Shown in pieces: positions 26,901 to 40,172 of a stretch of 64,000 nucleotides of DNA (position 1 is its first letter; every line of letters begins with the position of its first letter). The translations under genes and the position numbers were made by a program. Source of the DNA: Phoronis australis (Eukaryota > Animalia > Phoronida). Below the pieces are notes generated by a model. That model saw nothing but the letters and a program-made list of their open reading frames with translations. It ran no database searches and was not told where the DNA came from. The stretch spans positions 124,001-188,000 of the forward strand of contig NMRA01000024.1 in assembly GCA_002633005.1 (NCBI GenBank). The letters run 5' to 3'.

Positions 26901-27747
26901 GTTACTGACTCCTGGACGATGGTCAATGCATCAACGAGATTAATGTGTGTGTACACTGTATTTGTTTTTCTCAGCAAATAAGATTGTTTAAATTTAATTT
27001 TGTCTGGGAATTAAGTGGGCAGCTTGACCTATTTGCTTTACAAATATCACGACAAATGTCAGTGAGTGGGAGTAGTACGCTTGAATGTGTTGATATTCTG
27101 AGATATGTGAATGCAGACTCCATGTTAATTTGGGAAAAGTCTGGGAGTGCACTGCTTATCCTCGTCTACCTTGTGTTTTGGGACCTACCAACCAGGGTGA
27201 CTTAATCAACTGTTCTTGTTTTGAAAAACAATGTGGTTTATATTATAGTATTTTGCATCATTATCAAAATTTTTCAAACTTTAGTCTTCAGACCGGGCTG
27301 TAAAAGTCCTTTATTCTCTTTCCAAACTCCAGCTACCTGGTCTCGTGAGGGGCATTAGCGCATGGTCTGTATGTCTGTTGGTCCATCACACAACGCTGTT
27401 GGCATGTCTCCATAAGGCAACAGGTTTTGTTCATATTTTGCACATATATGAATGTGAGGCAACTCCAGACCACAGCTTTTATCATTTTCAAGGTTATGGC
27501 AAGAAAGCCCAGTTTTAGCTTGTAAAAATGCTGTTGGTGTGAAATCTAAGGAAAAGACTTTCAGATTTTGTGCATACGAAGTATTGAGATGTGTGAGGCG
27601 AGTCCAGGTGCCAGTTGATTTTGGTGACCTTGACACCATTTACAAGGTCATAACAAGGAAATCAAGTTTTGGCATTTTGAAAATGTTGTTGGCGCAATCA
27701 CGATATCTCAAAGAGGGAGCCTGAGATTACCTACTGTCCAGTTGTAA

Positions 27748-28060
27748 GTGAGGCCAAAAGGTTCAAAGAAACTAATATGTTTAGAAAGGCATTCTATAAG
27801 TCAGCTGCTACAGGTTTTTACTGGACACTGCAACCTCGCTCAGCACCATAACATCACAGGTCAAATGGCATTTTTATTTTGTCCCAGTTGTGGCTTGGAG
27901 GCCCAGACTCTTCAACATCTGGTAGAGATTTGCCCTGCCTACATGAGACACCGTAATCTACTACTTGATGGAAACATAACCTGCCTGGTTAACATAGTTA
28001 GTTCATTGATGTTTAATAGTATTTCTATCCGTTTCTGAAACAAACAGGCAGATTAAAAGA
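27748..28060 (+). mobile_element. Non-LTR retrotransposon 3' fragment (C-terminal CCHC zinc finger, I/R1/LOA-like)
   Basis: QLLQVFTGHCNLAQHH..CPSCGLEAQTLQHLVEICPAY..R matches the TGH..CxxC..ET..H...CP motif that ends ORF2. Confidence 0.75.
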
Positions 28061-30178
28061 TTTTATCCATGAGGAATCCGATGATGCCTGTCCCCTTGAG
28101 TTATTAGTGTAATGGGCCCCGCCTTGTGGCCTAAACACGATGTACCTCAAAAGGCATCAGGCCAGCTGCACTCTTTTTTAGTAGGGCAACTCCCGACTGT
28201 GACACCATCCGATCTTGACCTCATTTTCAATTTCACAGCAAAACATTTTTGAGCCCAATTGGAAATTTTGTTAGGGAATATATCATGAAGGAAGCTTCAC
28301 ATTTTGTTCATATTTTGCATGAACGTGTTGGACCACTCCGGGGCACCACGGCAGGCGAGTTGGGTGAGCTTGACCTTGGTTTAAGGTTATTATTGAGATA
28401 TTGAAGGTACACCACATCATGGCTGTATGAAAGTTTATTTTTAAAGCAACACTTTCTCGTTCGAACGGAAAACTTCAGAAATTGTAATTGAGTGATCATT
28501 TTTAGATTTGATGGAAATGAAGTGTATTAAAGATAATTCATCAGGCTTATCTTCGCACAAAAATCATTACTTCCATCGAATTATAGCCTTCTCCTGCAGC
28601 GGCAGGGGATAATTAGGTCATCCTTTCTTATCAAATGAGCTTCTTGAAATAAATTAAGATTGCCCATAAGTTGACTTCTTCCATGCTTGTGGCCATTATT
28701 TACAGACAGCACAGGCACTGCTGAATATAGGTCATGTAAGTCAATTGGGTAAATTTGACTTCTTTAAAGTTCCTTATAGTCGCGACCATTTTCTACCCCT
28801 CTCAATTAATTAACCGGTGAATGTCGCCAATTTCTCATAATACCTGAGCGGTTCTATCAATTAAGGCGTCGACCCCTGACACGGTGTTGAAACTGTAGAG
28901 AATCGCTTGCGTCTCCGTCCTGCTTCAATCCCGTAAGCATGGGCTGACACATGGATATGGCGGTATTGCAAACTCTCTCTGGGTTCATAGAAAGTAACTG
29001 GTTATGTAGGACCCTAGAAAAATGGCCAAATTTGAGTAACTTCGGAACATCCTAGTTCAGAAATAAAACTTTCAGGTACTGTGCTTAACGCACTGTTCTC
29101 TAAACTGCTGTCACCAATAGTTGTTGTCCCAATTTTGCATGAGGGTTGTCGGAAACGCGAGTTTTATGATGTTTATAAAACAGATAGGTAAAAAGTCAAA
29201 AGTTTAATTTTATAGCCTTTGTACTCTGCAGAAACTATATACTTTCATTGATTTGAAGTCTATAGTTTTGTAGATATTCGACTACCCGCACTAGTCCTAA
29301 ACTATTTCAGAAACGTGACCAATGTTGCAGTTATATTCTATAAGAAAATATGAATTGCTACTACTTTTTAGGATAATTCAAAATAAATTAGTTCTAATCT
29401 AAGGCGGAAGCGCTCATAACGACTTGGCTAAAACTTGTTTCAGTAATTGTCACAGTGAAGTTTATCGCCAAATTTCTGTCTTAAGCTAACCACGTCCATC
29501 ATTTTTTCTTTCAGTAGGGTTGTTTAATATGATCGTAACAAAAACTGATTGATTATGTTTATGTTTTGCTTATGATGTCCTTCACAAAGACGGACGAGGT
29601 CGCTTTTTATTGGCGTAGCTAGTTCAATGAATTATCAAATGGTGTTTTAGATTACTCCGGCGTAGAGATACTTGCAGTAAAAAAATCTACTGAGAAAACT
29701 TCTTGGCAAGTTAATTAAATTGTTAATTAATTGTCTCTGAGTAACTATTGCAATATCATACAAAACGATTGCTATGGTAAAAAGGAGCGGCAGGTGATTT
29801 TAGCCATGTCTACCATTATTTGTTTTGACTCAAAAGGAAAATGACGGAAGTGCCTGTTGTCTCGTTCTGCACATACTGACGAAATATTGTAAAGAATCAG
29901 TGCGAATCATCAAGGTGATCTGTGCCACGTTTGCAATGCCGTATCATTTAGCACGTACACCATGTCTGGTGATCGTGAGATATAGGCATACTTCGGACTC
30001 TAAGTGAATCGGTAAACAAGATTTTTTTAGCTCGTTGTTAATCGTAAGCAAACGCGTTATATTTGCACAACACGCGCGGTTATAAAAACTCCTAGACTAC
30101 ATATAATCTGCGCCAATTTATCAAGAGCTACTCACCCATATATCTGTTGCGAGCAGACCTGAACTTTACTCTCTAGCA

Positions 30179-33100
30179 ATGGACGACATTGTAGGAACCT
30201 GGGCATTCGTGTCGTCGGAAAATGACGAAGCCTACGCTGAGGCAGAAGGTACGTTTAATTTTCAAGCGCGCTCATTAACCTTTGAAACCATGAAGGGGAA
30301 GGGAGCCCATTCCCGGTTGCCAGATTTATTTGGGTCTTTTTTCCTCTTACACGGAATCAGTTCGTTTCAATCCCAGTCCAGATAAGTTTCCATTCCTGAA
30401 AGGCGGCCTTTTTCACCCGCATTTCCCGGATCACGGCCACAACTAAGTGAGCCCGATTCTGTAAAAGTCCCCCTCTATAATCCTAGCAGGCGCTGGCAGT
30501 TGGCCAAAGGATTCGCTCGAAATGGTCAATAAATACTTCTTATTGTTATTTCCTTGTTTGGAGGTACAATTAATAGCCTACTTAAGCTCAGCTCTAGACT
30601 AAGAAGGGATGTCTCGAGTATCCGTCAATTTAATTTAGTTGTTCGGACTAGGAAAACTTGACCAAATTTCAGAAACAGCTAGGTACAGTCACACATTAGT
30701 AAAGTTCTTCAGTTACTCTTTTTTGTCCACATTTCTAAAGGAAGGTGGAGCATTTTTACACCAGATACCCAGGATACATGTCACCACATCAAAGTAGGCG
30801 GCACCCTGTAGTCATGTAGTGGCGGATCTACGGGGGGGTTCAGGGGGTTTAAAACCCCCCTCGGGCCAGGACCCAAAAATTAAAAAAAAAACAAAAGCGT
30901 CTCCAGCAAAACAAAAACGGCACCGCCAGCGTGTGTAAACCTCAAGTAAACCAACTTGGAAAAAATTGAGGGGGGGCTTCACTCTGAAAATATAGTTTTT
31001 TGCATTGTGAATTGCTGAGTCTTTGTGGCTCATCGGCAAAACGCGCGGGGATTTATTGTGCGCGCGCTTCCGTCGACACTTCTGGAAGTAGTCAAGCATT
31101 TTAGATGGATTCACCGCTGAAAGAGCAGTTCTATAGCTGATTTAGGTAACTAGCTTCTTTACTCTAAGATATATTTTGATTTGATTAGGGGAAATACTGC
31201 GGTGCCGCAACCTTGATATTCAGGCGAATTGACGTGCAACGTTTTTACCTCATCCGTCATGCCGTGTCATTCTATTACACTCATCACGTTTGTAACTGGT
31301 GTATAGTAAAGTTGTCTTGCGCAATATCATACAGTGTACATGTACATGTAATATTGTGTACATGTACATGTAATATTTTTGAAAAAAAATCTTTTTCCGA
31401 AGAATTGCTGTTGTGGCGGGCGCCGTGGTCTGGTCGCGAGTCAGTTTGAATGAGTTTAGGGCACCATCGTTCGCCAGTTTTTCTCGCAACGAGACAGAAC
31501 ACATGTTTATTTCCGGACTAACAGTACAGGTCTTCGTTCTTAAACAACTTGAGGCTGCTGTTACGCGATCATCTGATATTCAAGTTTTTACGCCCCGTCG
31601 GTGCTCCTTAATTATGCTCTTGAATATTTGGAAATTGTCTAAACCCCTGTATACACACCACACTTTTTCGTATACGACTTTTCGTATGCTAAAAAAGGTG
31701 TGTGTAAGCAGATGTTCCAACAAAAATTTTTGCTGGTGGCGTGACTCATACCCAGATGTGCACAATATGGTTTCACGAAACTTATGTGCCAAGTTCGTGT
31801 GACGAAATCGAGAACGGTTTTTAATTATCTTAAGAAAAACTCCAGAGACATGTTAAGTGACAGAAACTTACCAGGATGCATGGAAATTTCACTATTTGGC
31901 TACAAAAACAAAAAGAAATATCTTACACGGGAGGGGAAACCCCCCTCCCGACCTCCCCGCGCTCGGCGCTACGCGCCTAGGATTCGACCTTGGCGGGAAT
32001 CCTAAACCCCCCCTTGCTGAAAACGTAGATCCGCCACTGTCACATGTGCTGATAGATAAGATGTTTAGTGTGATCTTAGTCTGATCATAAACAGTGGTAA
32101 ACAACTCGGCCTTAATTTACAAAAGCTTTAAACATAGTATTTCGAGAAAATGTCATTCATCGCGAGTTTTTCAGCAAGAAAATTAGCCCAGTGGGATCCT
32201 CGATCTTTAAAATTCGGTTATTGCAACAGTGGCATCCGCAACATACAGTAGCTTCGATAGACAGTGGAAACTTGCGTGTGGGTTTCCAGACGGCATTTGG
32301 GGTAACGGTCTGTAAAATCTCGTCATAGCATGCAGTAGCCCCCTTTTTACTTGAAGAGGCCTTTAACGCGATAAACATAAATGCAATAAAGTAATTCTCT
32401 GCCACTGAAACAAACTTCAACATGCTCGCTAGGCATTTTTAGGGCTTGATCGTAAGTATTTTTAATGTCTGTTGATATCAAAGTATTTTCTTTTAGTTTC
32501 AAATTTCAAAAAAAAAAACATCTGTCAAGTGCTCGCCATTACGTCGATTTTTTCCCTCGAGGCAAAGCACGTCTCCTTATTTGGTATGGCACAGCATAGA
32601 CGTAGCACATTTTCTTATGGAAAATGTGACCTTTGACCTCAAGCGCCTTCAAAGAAATGACTGTGAGCGCATGCGCATATTTAGCATAAGTGGGAGTTGT
32701 AATCACAGTTTTTTCTTCCCGCCGAATTGCTATGTACGGCAGACTTCGCGAGATGGCACTTTCGTCAGGAATTGTTTAAAAGATATTATTGACGAGCTTT
32801 CGGTTCCATGCCTCAGTCACATCTCGCTAGTTCCCTGCGTGCCGCTGGGTGGTCGGTGGCCAGCACGCAGGTATCACTTAATTTTCCAGGGGAAATTTTT
32901 TACACCAGCGTTTTTGATTGGCAGGTCGAATTCTCAACAGGCAGCGCTTTACGGAAACAAACTGGCATGACTGAAGTGTAAATGTGTTCTGTTGCGCAGA
33001 CAAGTGCTTAAAATTTATGTTCAGGAAATGTGAATCCTAGAAATTGTGGTTGCGTCTTTTCGAACTGTCGATGACTTTTGTTTACGATACTGTCCTGTAT

Positions 33101-36100
33101 TCATACACTACGAATAACACACCGTTAAATCGGCCAGATATGTGTTTATTGTACATGTATGTGCTTCAAGCACGCGGCTATTAAACATCACTGCAGAAAA
33201 GAAATAGTTGTTGCGACGCAACTTGCATGACAAGATTAAAAATTGTTAGTCACAGTCCGCCATTTTTTCACGGTGTTGAAAAGCTAACCAATGACTGCTG
33301 AGGTTACATCAACCAATGCTAAAGCGCGTGCCACTGCGTGATAGCTGCGTGCTGTATAGGCACGTAGGGAACCAGCGAGCAGTCACATGTTCCATTTGAA
33401 AAAGTGGACTCAACTCTTTAGACGCTGCAGCTTCAAATACTCTGCACGGGTGAGGCTCTTCAGGCCTAGACCGCCTCATGTGCGGTGAAATTTGGCAGTC
33501 AACGTTCAAGATTTATCAACACGAATACTAATAATTTCTTTTCACGTGCAGTCCAACTTTTTACCCGGGCCCGGCAACCACCTCATATGGCACAGATTGG
33601 TCTCACGTTTGTTGAATAGGTAGATAACAGCTGCTTTAGCGAACTTAAAAACTGGGTTATCAAAAACTGACGAGCCTGACGAAACAATCGTATCATCTAT
33701 TTGCCTACGTGCAAAGGTCCAAGCACATGTACATGCCCTTGTTTTAGATAATGAACGCTATGACATACATGCACCTAAGTTAACATTTTTGAAGTCCGAC
33801 CCGCCAGTGTGTGTTAGACAGTGTTGGCCCCTCAGTCACATATCGTTACAAATTTTCGAAAATTACGCCCATGGACGTATTTTTGGTAACTGTTTGCATG
33901 ACGAATTCAATGTTCTAAAATGCGTTTTTAGGCTAGAAGTAATATTTTCCCACGAACTGACGGGCTGGAATTAATTGCGTGATTGTACGTACATGTATGT
34001 AGCTGTTGACTGTTGATGGAAAAATTCAAGATTCACAGCCTCAGAAGATTTACCAATAATTCGGAACCAGGGGACTGACTTAGTCAGAAATTTGGTCTTG
34101 AACCCACACATCATTATTACTATTAGATAATGGTTCAGCCAGAGGCAGGCCTACAGGGGGGTTCAGGGGGTTCAACCCCTCACCCAGGACAGGATCAAAA
34201 ATAAAAATTGAAAAAAACGTCGCCTTAAAAACGAAATCAGCTATTAACAAACACAAAAAAAATCTTACACGGGAGGGGGAAACCGCCTCCCGACCTTCCC
34301 TCCACTGGGCGCCACGCGCCTCCGATCTGCTGGAATCCTAACCCCCCTTACTGAAAACGTAGACTGATCTGCCACTATTAGTCATGTATTTACTACTGAG
34401 CACATCACAGCTTAGAAATAAAGTGTACAGACTATCTCTTAGTAATTAACAGTTATGGGTCTTTGAAAGTTTTCCGAAGTGGGATTTAATTTCAGAAACA
34501 ATTTTTTAGAACTTAAGACCAATTTACTGGAGGCTTGTTTCTTAAAAGTCACTCTTCAGTCATGAAACAGGCCTCAGCCATTTCATTGATGGACCGTCAG
34601 ATGTCTCTGCACACAATGACTTTAATTCCCGGCGCTCAGCGGAGCGTGAGGTGACACTGAACAGTTAGGCTGCAGCCGGGGCCAGTTTGCACAAGAATAA
34701 ATCCAGGCATGTAGACTCAGTAAATCTAGTCTGTTAGTATTTGTGAACATGTTGGGAATGAGAAAAAGCAACTTGCTCGGCTCGTATTCTAGATCTGTGC
34801 GCACTGGAGTATCCAAGCCTTTCTTAGAAATAAGAATGCTATACGTGCAAATGTACAAGTTACGGCGATGTGTATGAAATCATGCTTCAATATTTTAGGG
34901 ACCCCCATAGAAGTAATGAAAAAAATTAGTCAAGTGGGAACAACTACAGTCTACGAAGCCTTAGGAGATGGCCGCTACAAGTGTGTCTTCACGAGCGAAG
35001 CCACGGGAGCCATTGAAACCGTCTTCGAGATAGGCAAACCCGTAACGAGCAAGGTCAAATTCGGTGAAGAAGAATTCGAGGTATTAGCCATTTCACATGC
35101 TGGCAATATAGCCGTCGGTTCAGAGGCCAATAACTTGCCCTAATTTTGATAGTGAGTGGCGGATTTTAATCCTGAACCGCCTTAAAGAAGAATGCCACCA
35201 AAAAGGAACGCATTTTGTATCAATTTAGATCGACTAGTTCCACTCGATGACAGCAAGTTGACTTCTTTTACCTGACACCAGACGGAAGACGGAAGTGTTG
35301 AAATTAACCAATGACGTCGCATTTTCAAACGTAGTCTGCTCAGCAGTTCACAAGACGCTTACTGGTGTCAGCTTTGCCTGAATTTATCGTTTAACACCAA
35401 TAAATCATCGAAATTCGATGTAAAACCTACTTTGAGTTTTTCAACTAAGGGGTGGTTTTATTTCGCTGTTATGGATTTATAGAAATTTTGAACGTACCGT
35501 AGGCTACAAAAACGTTCGGTAGGCCATCTTATACTCCGGGAGCCAGGGGTTTGAACCTGGTTTTGTCTGATAAAGTTTTTTCTTTTGCTGTTTTATGTAG
35601 CTTAGGGTTAAGTAACCATGATTTAGGGGGGGGGGGTGACCGTTCGCAACCCTTGAGCATTTTTTAAATATGTAAATTAAGGTCGCCATTATGCAAAATT
35701 CTATTTTTGCTTATAATTTCCTTACCAAGCACTGCAGTCAGATAATTTTGATGTTTTTACCGATATTTCCATGGTCAAGGAATTTAATAGTGCAAGTTTT
35801 ATTGGTGAATACAGTATCAATTTGCATAATTTACACAAATTAAGGCCACCATTATTCAAAGAATTCTTCTTGTGCTCATAGCTACTGTACCAGGCACCAC
35901 AGATGAACCATCATGATATTTGCACCTATATTCTTTTGCTCAATTAGTTTTATGAAATCGCTTTGCATGTTATTGCATGATTAATTTGCGTAATTAATGC
36001 ATGTATGTATATCTAAATGAAGATCCCCCAAGCATTTGATAATAGCGTATAAAATCGAGTTACAGCTTTTTGTCAGCAAACACTGAATAAGCATGCGCTC

Positions 36101-39100
36101 ACACGGCAAATTTTATTTCATCTGAAGCCGGGTAACGCAGTTTGATTTATTCATGGTTAATTTCTCAAAACATTTGCACTCTCGAACACTCCTAAGCCCA
36201 AATTGTATCAACTGAGACACCATGACCCTTTGATTCAATTTTATATAAGCTGTAGTTTGTAAGGGTGAAAATAGTTCAATATGAAACAGGACCAACTGCT
36301 GGCCACAGACACAGAGGTATTTCATGGCCTCATGTATACGTGGCATCAACGGCGGAAACCACTTCCGAAACGATTTACCCGCTTTCCTCGCAGTTTCATA
36401 GTTTGCACAAGCGGGAACGATACACCACACCATCAGAGCGGCACTCACTCAGCTGCGTCGTGTATTCACCTTCCTCACAGGTTAACGCGACAACTTTCGG
36501 CTAGGTGAGATCGACTGTATATACGAGGTTATGTGGAATTTGATTTATAGGTATTTTATCTAGCCACATAGAAAAAACTATGTTGCCCCCGCAAAGTACT
36601 CACAAGGATGAACGCTATGAGATCTGGCCCACCGACTAATATAAACCGATTAAGACGGCAGCGAAAACTAAAGCCTTTAACTTGTCATTATGGTACTTAG
36701 CATCTGTTGAGTGACCGATTTTCGGTGCGATAAAAGAACATAAATTTCAAATGCTAAAAATTACTTTAACCATAACGACAGGTATTCCCATTGTTTCCAA
36801 CAGTAGTGAATGTGTCAAGAATACCCGCGTCACTGAGATACATTTCGGAAATCACAGCCATGTGTGTATTGCTATATTTTTATTGTCAATTTTTGAAATT
36901 TTATGCCATTTATCTTCGGCGGCCATTGTGTATTGCACCCATACTTGAAAGTTGCGTTCCTCGGCGAGGACGCAAGGCCTCGTGCGAGTAAAGTGCAACT
37001 ACTAAGTGGTTGCCACTGAAAATTATGGGCCGGTCGTTTTCACTTGTCCTGAATAAAGTGTTCAGGGTTAGAGTCCATTGTCATTATAAGCATTCTATCG
37101 TGACAGGGACAATTACGGAGATAGCTGGCTTAGGCAGTGAGTTGGCTATTGATATACAGGGAATTGACGAAGTTTTAGGTTATCAAAACTATGTAATACT
37201 GCAACAGAGTTGAAAATGGTTAAGATTTGGAGTATTAGGTCTCCTTTGGTTGATGGTACAGCTTGGGCGCATGTCAGCGTTAGCAAGCACGACTTCCTTT
37301 CTCGCATTCCAATGCACGTATTAGGAGTGGTTGTAGCTACTTCCTTTGTTTTCATTCAAAGCATCATTTATGTCTTGGTTTCCCTGCTTTGCTTCCAGGT
37401 TACCTTTACAACGAATTACGAGGGCGATGGAAACTGGAAATCTACGCACACTTATCCCGGAGGCAAAGTAGTCCATGAGACCATGCACGTCACTGGAGAT
37501 ACGATGAAGCTAGTGAGTTTTATTGATCAACATGAATCGTTGTTGTCGTTATCGTCGTTATGCGATCCAAATAATTGACCTATTGTCAGGATTTTGAGTG
37601 ACGGCTTAAATGACCATTAAGAACGCAGCATTATTGACACACATTCGTTTCCAAGCCGCCATTGTACCCGACAAACAATACGTATACGTTGCCGGGTAAA
37701 ACTTGTTTGTTATTCGACATTAGGCAAGGGGGCGAAGCTTGCGACAGATCAATTCCAGGGTCCGTCACCGGTGTGAAGCATTTTAATCTGTCCACAATGA
37801 CCTTTAGCGGGATGATCGAGAACTGACGCGTGCGCATGTTCCCAGAGTGACAAGTTAGCTTTACATTTTTTACAGATCGCTTACGGATGCCTAGAATGAC
37901 GAATTATGCGAGAAATCACCCTCAACCTCGCCTTGCGAAACCACTGGCTACTCTTCACACTTCGTCATTCAAGGAATGTAAAGATGATCCGTCAGGTCCA
38001 CTGGCATGAGACCCGTCCTTCCCCCTGCCTGGGAATGCGGTACACGGGTTGACCTATTGCAAGCTCCGCCCCCCTTGCGTAACGTCGACTAACAAACAAT
38101 AAGTTTTACCCGGCAACGTGTTGTTTGTCGGGTAAAATGGCGGCTTGGAGGCGAAGGTGTGTCAAGAATGATGAGTTCTAAATGGTCAGTTAAGGCGTCA
38201 CTCAAAATCCTGGCGATAGTTCAATTTGTCGGCTAAGACGTACGGAACGCGATTTCCCGCGAGATCTACCAAAGGGTTAAAGATGCTATGTCTCATTAAA
38301 TTGTGAATATGCAAATGAAGTACTAGTTCACAAATAACCCCGGGAACCATTCGAAAACCAGTTACCATTACAAACTCGCGAAAGTCTCGTTTTTGATACT
38401 ATTTTACGTAACGTAATGTGTCATTGTTACCCGAATGAAACAAGGCACAGTTTTCATTATTTGTTAATTTCACTACTAAATAACAATTGCGTAATATTTA
38501 GAATTACTAGGGTTTTCTATATGTTTACATTTGATTTTAAGTGTATCAGTTGTGGTGTTTTCTTTAAAACAGCGCAATTTATTTTCAGATTGTTTCTCTT
38601 TCTGATTATACTTGTACACCCACTTCTCTAGGTGGCGCTTGCTTCAAATTTAAATATTCTCGGTTTTAATGAGACGGAGCATCTTTAAATAAACTAATTA
38701 CCACAGCAGAGACCAGACAGATCCGATCTATTCTGGCTCGTGATTGGTTATATAAATGGCGCGACTGTCCCTCTCAAGTGCAAAAGGTCGCAGATTGGTT
38801 TCTTCGTCACAATAATTCTCTTTTTGTGTAATTCCATGCTAATGTCCGGTAGACAACAGGAGGGCAATACTGTTTGCGTATGCTTCACTAGTGTGAGCTC
38901 ACAGTTGCGGATCTAGGATATAACAAGGGGGGGGGGCAACATTTTGTCTGTAAGCATTTGCGCAAACCACGATTATAGATGCGCATAGCACCGAATGGGG
39001 GGAGTTCGGGAGGTTTTTTTTTCCTCTAGAAATCAAGCATTTTCCTTGATTCCTGAAGTATTATCCAAGAAAAAAAACACACGGAGAACATGTCAAACAG

Positions 39101-40172
39101 GGAAAACTGCAAATCCCACAGACTCTAACTTACGACCTGGCTGATAAAGCGCGCGTGCTTTACCACTACACCACCACGATTTATCTCCTAATTTGATACT
39201 AAGAGACCTACTTGTTTACGGTTCACAGCGTTTGCGCGCGAAACCTACTTCTTTTTGTAATGCTTATTACACGTTTTATATTTTGTGCAATCGATTCGTA
39301 ACAAATTTGTTGCATTTAACATAGTCTTCAATTGCCCAAAAGACCAAATCCGTTTTTCGTGTTGGCAATAATGACGGGATTGCTTTGGAAATCGTCTTAA
39401 ATTAAGGTTTGACAAAGAGGGAATTATGAGTTTCTGAGTGATTCACTAAGGCTTCGATTAAAATTCACATCTTACCAGGAGCTTCTGTTTTTTCATTGTC
39501 ACTCAGGTTCCATTTTCTTTAAAAAATGAAGTAATTTTCCTCGTTGCACAGTGGAGCAGACGACGGAAACGGAGTCGTAGTGCGCAGCGCCACTGCTGGT
39601 CGCCTGGGATATCGCGAGAGAGCCTAATACTTAGCCATAGTTCCGTTACGATTGCGCCGTGTTCCCAATTTGACACTTGAAATTGAATCTGACCCTCCCC
39701 CCAACACTAAAACTGCACACATTTAAATCTTGTTTCATCCGCACAATTTTAATTAACGGGGTTAATTAATAAACTCAACATTTCCCCACGCTGGGCCCCC
39801 CTAAATCCGCCTATGGTTCATAGTAAATGCGCACGTGACTTCCCAGACCAGGAAGTCACTACAAACACCTAGGAAGTGGCTGGGTTGTCAGAGTGCACGG
39901 AGCCAACTGCGTTGTAGGTTGGAACGGTTTATAAAAATGTTGGTACCGGTACGAGACGCAGAAACAAGTTGACGAATAACGACGTATAGGATCAGTGGAA
40001 ATGGTTGACATAACTGCAGTTACTCAATGGTGACTCGTGTTCGTACTAGTCTGAGATTGTCAATATTTTCCATTACATTTTTAGCAAAACCTAAGGAAAT
40101 TTGTGTTCTCGTTTGCAGGTTTATACGTGTAACGGGGTTAGTGCTTCTTCCATTTCCAAGAAAGTATCTTGA
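30179..40172 (+). CDS. Divergent fatty acid-binding protein / intracellular lipid-binding protein (139 aa, 4 exons)
   Basis: Exons 30179-30248, 34899-35080, 37399-37512, 40119-40172 (420 nt, GT-AG). Contains the GTW..SSEN motif, TVFEIGKP and YTCNGVS, with the canonical 4-exon iLBP layout. TATA-like TATAAAA at 30081; AATAAA at 40298-40303. Confidence 0.88.
30817..32039. mobile_element. Non-autonomous hAT-like element (5-bp TSD type) in FABP intron 1
   Basis: TIRs TAGTGGCGGATCTACG / CGTAGATCCGCCACTG; G/C-run subtermini; flanks tcatg / tcaca. Confidence 0.8.
34140..34377. mobile_element. Short deletion derivative of the 30817-32039 element
   Basis: Shares both ends (ggggggttcagggggtt..; tcttacacgggaggggaaac..gaatcctaaccccc..ctgaaaacgtaga..gccact) but lacks the interior. 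Confidence 0.75.
37573..38226. mobile_element. Two inverted copies of a 175-180-bp MITE (37573-37754 and 38048-38226) flanking a spacer of about 290 bp
   Basis: The arms are reverse complements (caggattttgagtgacg..gttgccgggtaaaactt / aagttttacccggcaac..cgtcactcaaaatcctg); each arm has its own short TIR (TGACCTAT..ATAGGTCA-like). Confidence 0.8.
38281..38684. mobile_element. Non-autonomous TTAA-target MITE (Kolobok-type)
   Basis: TTAA flanks; TIRs AGATGCTATGTCTCATTAAA versus reverse complement of the right end AGATGCTCCGTCTCATTAAA. Confidence 0.8.
38902..39815. mobile_element. hAT-like MITE (5-bp TSD type)
   Basis: TIRs CAGTTGCGGATCTAGG / CCTAAATCCGCCTATG; flanks gctca / gttca. Confidence 0.65.
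39121..39177 (-). mobile_element. tRNA-like SINE head fragment
   Basis: Minus strand reads GTGGTGGTGTAGTGGTAAAGCACGCGCGC..GGTCGTAAGTTAGAGTC (A box, degenerate B box); no complete cloverleaf. Confidence 0.5.

Noticed and set aside
29001-29085. Inverted match to about 45715-45817 as the ends of a 17-kb element enclosing FABP
   Set aside because: Degenerate and internal-looking, with no TSD or defined termini; more likely two independent repeat fragments.
30812-32104. ORFs inside the 1.2-kb TIR element as a transposase
   Set aside because: Short, with no BED, DDE or hAT dimerisation motifs; the element is non-autonomous.
39121-39177. tRNA gene
   Set aside because: Degenerate B box, no full acceptor stem, and embedded in a MITE; treated as a SINE relic. 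The same applies to about 35515-35560.
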